Positions 60,655-64,000 of a stretch of DNA of 64,000 bases are shown here, in pieces. The DNA lies in IMG/VR virus record IMGVR_UViG_3300029935_000001, positions 201,867 through 265,866 of that record; one strand, written 5' to 3'. The stretch is from a virus. Its lineage: Duplodnaviria; Heunggongvirae; Uroviricota; Caudoviricetes. Every line of letters begins with the position of its first letter. Positions within the stretch are counted from its first letter, which is position 1. Position numbers and translations under genes: made by a program. Under the pieces are notes generated by a model, which saw only the letters and a program-made list of their open reading frames with translations, was not told the origin of the DNA and searched no databases.

Positions 60655-60876
60655 ATGAGCCATGATCTACTGATGAGACTGGTCGAGCAATCGGGGTGCT
60701 TTATGAGCGAGCACCCCGATGACTATGTCAAGTTTGCTGAGCTGATCGTTCGCGAATGCGCTGCTCACTTGGAAACTACTGATTACGGCGATATCGTCAC
60801 CGGGGGCAACACTGTTGCTGAAATTGCTGCGGTGGACTTGCTGGAACTTTTTGGCGTTGACCGGATCGAACCGTGA
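60655..60876 (+). CDS. FAELIV-motif small protein, paralog B
   Basis: KFAELIVRECAAH...LLELFGV. Confidence 0.45.
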   Translation: MSHDLLMRLVEQSGCFMSEHPDDYVKFAELIVRECAAHLETTDYGDIVTGGNTVAEIAAVDLLELFGVDRIEP

Positions 60877-61118
60877 ATAAACAGCTTCAAAAGATTGCCA
60901 AGCAAGCAAGCGGCCACAACAATATCACAAAGTTTCGCGGGCACTGCCTTCCGCCTCCTCCTGATTACATCGACCCCGCGACCGTAGACTTGGAAAAGTT
61001 TGCCGAGTTAATTGTTCTCGAGTGTGCTGCCGTTGCCGACAAAGGCTACGCGTCAGACAACTTCGGCAACGGCATCACCGGAACGCAACTGCTCAAACTC
61101 TTCGGACTTGAAAAATGA
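60873..61118 (+). CDS. FAELIV-motif small protein, paralog C
   Basis: KFAELIVLECAAV...LLKLFGL; GTGA coupling. Confidence 0.45.
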   Translation: MNKQLQKIAKQASGHNNITKFRGHCLPPPPDYIDPATVDLEKFAELIVLECAAVADKGYASDNFGNGITGTQLLKLFGLEK

Positions 61119-61465
61119 GAGCCGTCGACTTGTTTGAAATGAGCAACATCCGGAAGACAGAATCCGGATTGCCGGTTAACATATATGTAAGCAGCGGTGG
61201 CAGTGTTAACAAGCAGCACGGTCCGCGTATAAAAGTAATGACAGACGCAGGGGATCGATTCAATCCAACGCAAACTGTCAGCGTGTTGCTCAAGCCAAAC
61301 ATTACTGCCGAGGACGTTGTGGGCTACAACCGGTTGCCCGAGTCAACATTGCGCGCTGTGCGAGCGTTCATTAACCTAAACTACACTGTGCTCTTGGCTT
61401 ACTGGAACGACGAGATCAGTACCCGAGAAATGATTCTTTCCCTGCAGGCACTACCTAAGGATTAA
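61115..61465 (+). CDS. hypothetical protein
   Basis: ATGA coupling. Confidence 0.4.
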   Translation: MRAVDLFEMSNIRKTESGLPVNIYVSSGGSVNKQHGPRIKVMTDAGDRFNPTQTVSVLLKPNITAEDVVGYNRLPESTLRAVRAFINLNYTVLLAYWNDEISTREMILSLQALPKD

Positions 61466-61467
61466 AA

Positions 61468-61833
61468 ATGTCATTCAATATCTTCCCTGCAAATCGTGCC
61501 CGTGAACTGGTCGAGGCCAGCGAAAAGACTCTTCGTGGCCGTCTTGAAGAAGTTAGCAAAAAGATCGAAGCCTTGGCAGCCAAGGGCGAGCGCGAGTGCT
61601 ACCCGGTTGACTACTTTGGCCCGTCTTCGATCTACGCTGTAGCCAGCGTGAGTCAAACGCAAGCACCCACGTTCACCGCGCAGCAACTCGCAGTCAAAGT
61701 CGAGCTCGAAAAGGCCGGGTACCAAGTGAAGATTACTCGTTACGAATATCGCGAGCTGACCACAATTGATCCTGAACCCGGACAAGCTCCGTACTCGGTC
61801 AAAATCGGCTATAAGTTCGGCATCTTCTGGTAA
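61468..61833 (+). CDS. hypothetical protein
   Basis: ORF. Confidence 0.4.
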   Translation: MSFNIFPANRARELVEASEKTLRGRLEEVSKKIEALAAKGERECYPVDYFGPSSIYAVASVSQTQAPTFTAQQLAVKVELEKAGYQVKITRYEYRELTTIDPEPGQAPYSVKIGYKFGIFW

Positions 61834-61956
61834 TCTGTATGCCATCAAGAGACGAGTTAGACCAGTGCTACATGCAGGTAGCACTTGCGCACCGCTTTGC
61901 TCATCGCAGCGTGCGCAAGGGTGGCACGGTACCAATACAACGTATGTGAGACTACC

Positions 61957-62163
61957 ATGATTAGATACGCGGTTAAGTTCGAAGATGTCAAGACGGGCGA
62001 GGCTCGTTACGAAGCTATCGGCCTAGGCACTAGCCCTGACCGTCAGTACGCCCACCTATACACCACACCGGAACTAGCTGAGAAGAAAGCTGCCCAGTAC
62101 CGTAAGGGCAAGCAGTGGTGGAAGAATGTTGAAGTGATTCCGGTGGAGGTTATTTGGAAATAA
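61957..62163 (+). CDS. hypothetical protein
   Basis: Internal ATG of track ORF 61885..62163. Confidence 0.35.
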   Translation: MIRYAVKFEDVKTGEARYEAIGLGTSPDRQYAHLYTTPELAEKKAAQYRKGKQWWKNVEVIPVEVIWK

Positions 62164-62285
62164 GTGATAGATTATATTCCGACACGGATTTCTATGTCCG
62201 CGTTCAAAAAGACTAAGCTGGCTATCGTTGTCGCCGGCATAGATTTTCTCGCCCGGGCTGGGGTCGAAGTGCGTCAACTTGGTGG

Positions 62286-62346
62286 TTGACAACTTCTCTA
62301 CTTCTTGTTAAAATAGCTACATAACGTAACGAGACGGAGCAACAAA
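62286..62346 (+). promoter_or_regulatory. conserved promoter-leader cassette (-10 TAAAAT)
   Basis: TTGACA-17-TAAAAT-AGCTACATAACGTAACGaGACGGAGCAAcaAAATG. Confidence 0.65.
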
Positions 62347-62550
62347 ATGGCGCGCTGGTTTAGTGAAGACCCCGAGTACTCCGAGATCTCCCCAGCCGAA
62401 AAGGCCATCCGTGATCGCATTGTTGCGGTGATGGCCAGGCATACCCAAGAGATGGAAGGGTATAGCTACTATGGCTCCAACCCTGGCATCGCCGAAGAGG
62501 ACTACGAAGACATCGCCGACGAACTTATGAAGGAGTTTGGCCTCAAATGA
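62347..62550 (+). CDS. small acidic protein
   Basis: Leader ATG. Confidence 0.5.
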   Translation: MARWFSEDPEYSEISPAEKAIRDRIVAVMARHTQEMEGYSYYGSNPGIAEEDYEDIADELMKEFGLK

Positions 62551-62708
62551 TCCCTCTCCATCTCGCAATCATCCTGTACTCGGTAGCAGTGATTTACAGC
62601 TATCGGCGCCAAAAAGACAGTCGTGACACCACAGTAGTCATTGTCAACACGGTTATCATCGCCCTGAACGTGCTGGGCATCCTGTACCGACTTGTTACCC
62701 CTATCTGA
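62547..62708 (+). CDS. small membrane protein (53 aa, 2 TM)
   Basis: ATGA coupling; hydrophobic. Confidence 0.4.
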   Translation: MIPLHLAIILYSVAVIYSYRRQKDSRDTTVVIVNTVIIALNVLGILYRLVTPI

Positions 62709-62716
62709 GAGACACC

Positions 62717-63055
62717 ATGCCTTTTATCATCGAAGTTGTTGACCTCGAAACCGGCCGCACTACCTATGTCACACGAGGCGAGTGGAGTGATTTCAGTCTC
62801 GACGATCGTGTATCTTCGGCCAAGCATTTTGATACGCTTGACGATGTCAACCAAGCACTTCAAAGCCCTGATTTTACGAAGTGTTCGGAATTTTCTGGTG
62901 GCAGCAAAGCCCCTCCGTCGATCTTGTGGACGGGGCTGAAGATCAGCTACGCAAAGCCGCGTGGCCGTGGCGAGATCAGGGTGTATGAATTGATTTACAA
63001 AACAGTAAGCCAACATCGTGTTGAGGCTGAGCTGATTCGAGGCAAGGAGGACTAA
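62717..63055 (+). CDS. hypothetical protein
   Basis: SD GAGAGACACC. Confidence 0.4.
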   Translation: MPFIIEVVDLETGRTTYVTRGEWSDFSLDDRVSSAKHFDTLDDVNQALQSPDFTKCSEFSGGSKAPPSILWTGLKISYAKPRGRGEIRVYELIYKTVSQHRVEAELIRGKED

Positions 63056-63246
63056 CCGTGCGTTGGAATCTCAAAAAAAGCTGAGCTTGGCACTAAACGC
63101 ACGGTTAGGCGGTTTGCGTTTTGGCCGACCCGGTTATGCGATGACAACACTGTAGTATGGCTCGAGTCCTACCTCGAAGACCACGAGTATCGTGAGTATG
63201 GTTACGGTCATCCGTATGCTTGGATTGTTTTGCGGCGACATTTAGG

Positions 63247-63308
63247 TTGACCTCCACCAGCTTGCTCTGTATAATAGTTACATAACGTAACGCAACGGAG
63301 CAAGCCAA
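63247..63308 (+). promoter_or_regulatory. conserved promoter-leader cassette
   Basis: taGGTTGACC-17-TATAAT-AGtTACATAACGTAACGCAACGGAGCAAGCcAAATG. Confidence 0.7.
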
Positions 63309-63506
63309 ATGAAAGCCACTCTTAGCATGATCTCTGCTGTTAAGGCCGTTCAAAAAAGCCAGCGCCTTCAGGCGGCTGCTCTGGCGGAACAAACGTTCCA
63401 CACTTACTACGTTGCGCTCCAAACGATCGACAAATACACTGAAGCCGAGCTGATCGAGATGGCCGGCGACGCTGCTGCGGCCGAAGTTCGCTTTTACTTC
63501 CACTAA
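63309..63506 (+). CDS. small Ala-rich helical protein
   Basis: Leader ATG. Confidence 0.5.
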   Translation: MKATLSMISAVKAVQKSQRLQAAALAEQTFHTYYVALQTIDKYTEAELIEMAGDAAAAEVRFYFH

Positions 63507-63515
63507 GAGGCGGCC

Positions 63516-63674
63516 ATGACTGTTTATATGGTGATCAGTAACGACAAAGTCGTCCAGGTGTTTTGGAGCGTGTATCCTCCGGACGCAAAACAGGCAGCCG
63601 AAGACCTGGTGCGTGAGCTCACAAAGAAATGGGCAATCGCCCGAGTTGTTGAACAGCAAGTAACGGTGGTATAA
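63516..63674 (+). CDS. small protein (52 aa)
   Basis: SD AGAGGCGGCC; taATGa coupling downstream. Confidence 0.35.
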   Translation: MTVYMVISNDKVVQVFWSVYPPDAKQAAEDLVRELTKKWAIARVVEQQVTVV

Positions 63675-63922
63675 TGACCAAGTACCCTAATCTCCGCGAT
63701 GTTCCTGCTAAACTGGCTTACGAATGGGTTCGTACCTGTCGCTGGAACAAACAACAGTTTGTTGCGTGGCTTAACGCCAAGCAGCTCGACCACGGTTCGA
63801 TCCGCACTTTGCCTGGCGGCACTGTAGTGTATCGAACCAGCGCTGAGCTAGCATACGAATGGGTGCGAACTAAGCACTGGAATCGCTGGTTGTTTCAGAA
63901 CTGGTTGAACCACATGCTATGA
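63674..63922 (+). CDS. protein with two tandem ~25-aa Trp-rich repeats
   Basis: LAYEWVRTCRWNKQQFVAWLNAKQL / LAYEWVRTKHWNRWLFQNWLNHML. Confidence 0.45.
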   Translation: MTKYPNLRDVPAKLAYEWVRTCRWNKQQFVAWLNAKQLDHGSIRTLPGGTVVYRTSAELAYEWVRTKHWNRWLFQNWLNHML

Positions 63923-64000
63923 ACCCAATCGTTGAACGCTTTATCGAACACGCGACTCGCGCCGCCACCGCAAACGGCAAGTTAATGGACGACTGGAAGC
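63919..64000 (+). CDS. hypothetical protein, 3'-truncated at window edge
   Basis: ATGA coupling; ORF runs off the end of the window. Confidence 0.3.
   Translation, partial: MNPIVERFIEHATRAATANGKLMDDWK

Overview
This 64-kb window has the hallmarks of a large virulent (T4-like or jumbo-type) bacteriophage genome. It is densely packed with about 110 mostly small genes, almost all on the + strand. More than 30 host-type sigma70 promoters (TTGACC-N17-TATAAT) are present, and at least 14 of them belong to one near-identical promoter plus 5'-leader cassette (GGTTGACC-N17-TATAAT-AGCTACATAACGTAACGCAACGGAGCAAGCAA-ATG). The -35 box of this cassette frequently doubles as the stop codon of the upstream gene, which therefore ends in ...K-G-stop.

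Recognisable genes include:
- a proteostasis/translation module: ClpX, ribosomal protein bS21, Hsp20 and ClpS in a row, plus ClpP, a GroES-like co-chaperonin, IF-1, a protein carrying a bL12 C-terminal domain, and a small RelA/SpoT-type HD (p)ppGpp hydrolase;
- an RNA-repair pair: a T4-type polynucleotide kinase/phosphatase and an Rnl5-like RNA ligase with an N-terminal OB domain;
- replication and repair genes: an RFC/gp44-type clamp loader and a UvdE UV-damage endonuclease;
- other enzymes and regulators: MazG, a Cys-based phosphatase, a metallophosphoesterase and a catalytically dead paralog of it, a PRTase, a SLOG/DprA-like protein, an SPFH/band-7 protein and a TraR/DksA zinc-finger protein;
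- a large Ig-like structural protein with TTFD repeats and a cluster of four secreted/lipoprotein genes;
- three free-standing homing endonucleases.

Two of the homing endonucleases sit inside target genes (pnk and mazG) and are flanked by a duplicated, codon-diverged fragment of the target, which is the classic footprint of a homing cassette.

Other notable structures are a tandem array of five MORN-variant repeat genes, each with its own copy of the promoter unit; a 690-bp non-coding island with 11-bp-phased iterons; and several tandem paralog families. No rRNA, tRNA or CRISPR was recognised.
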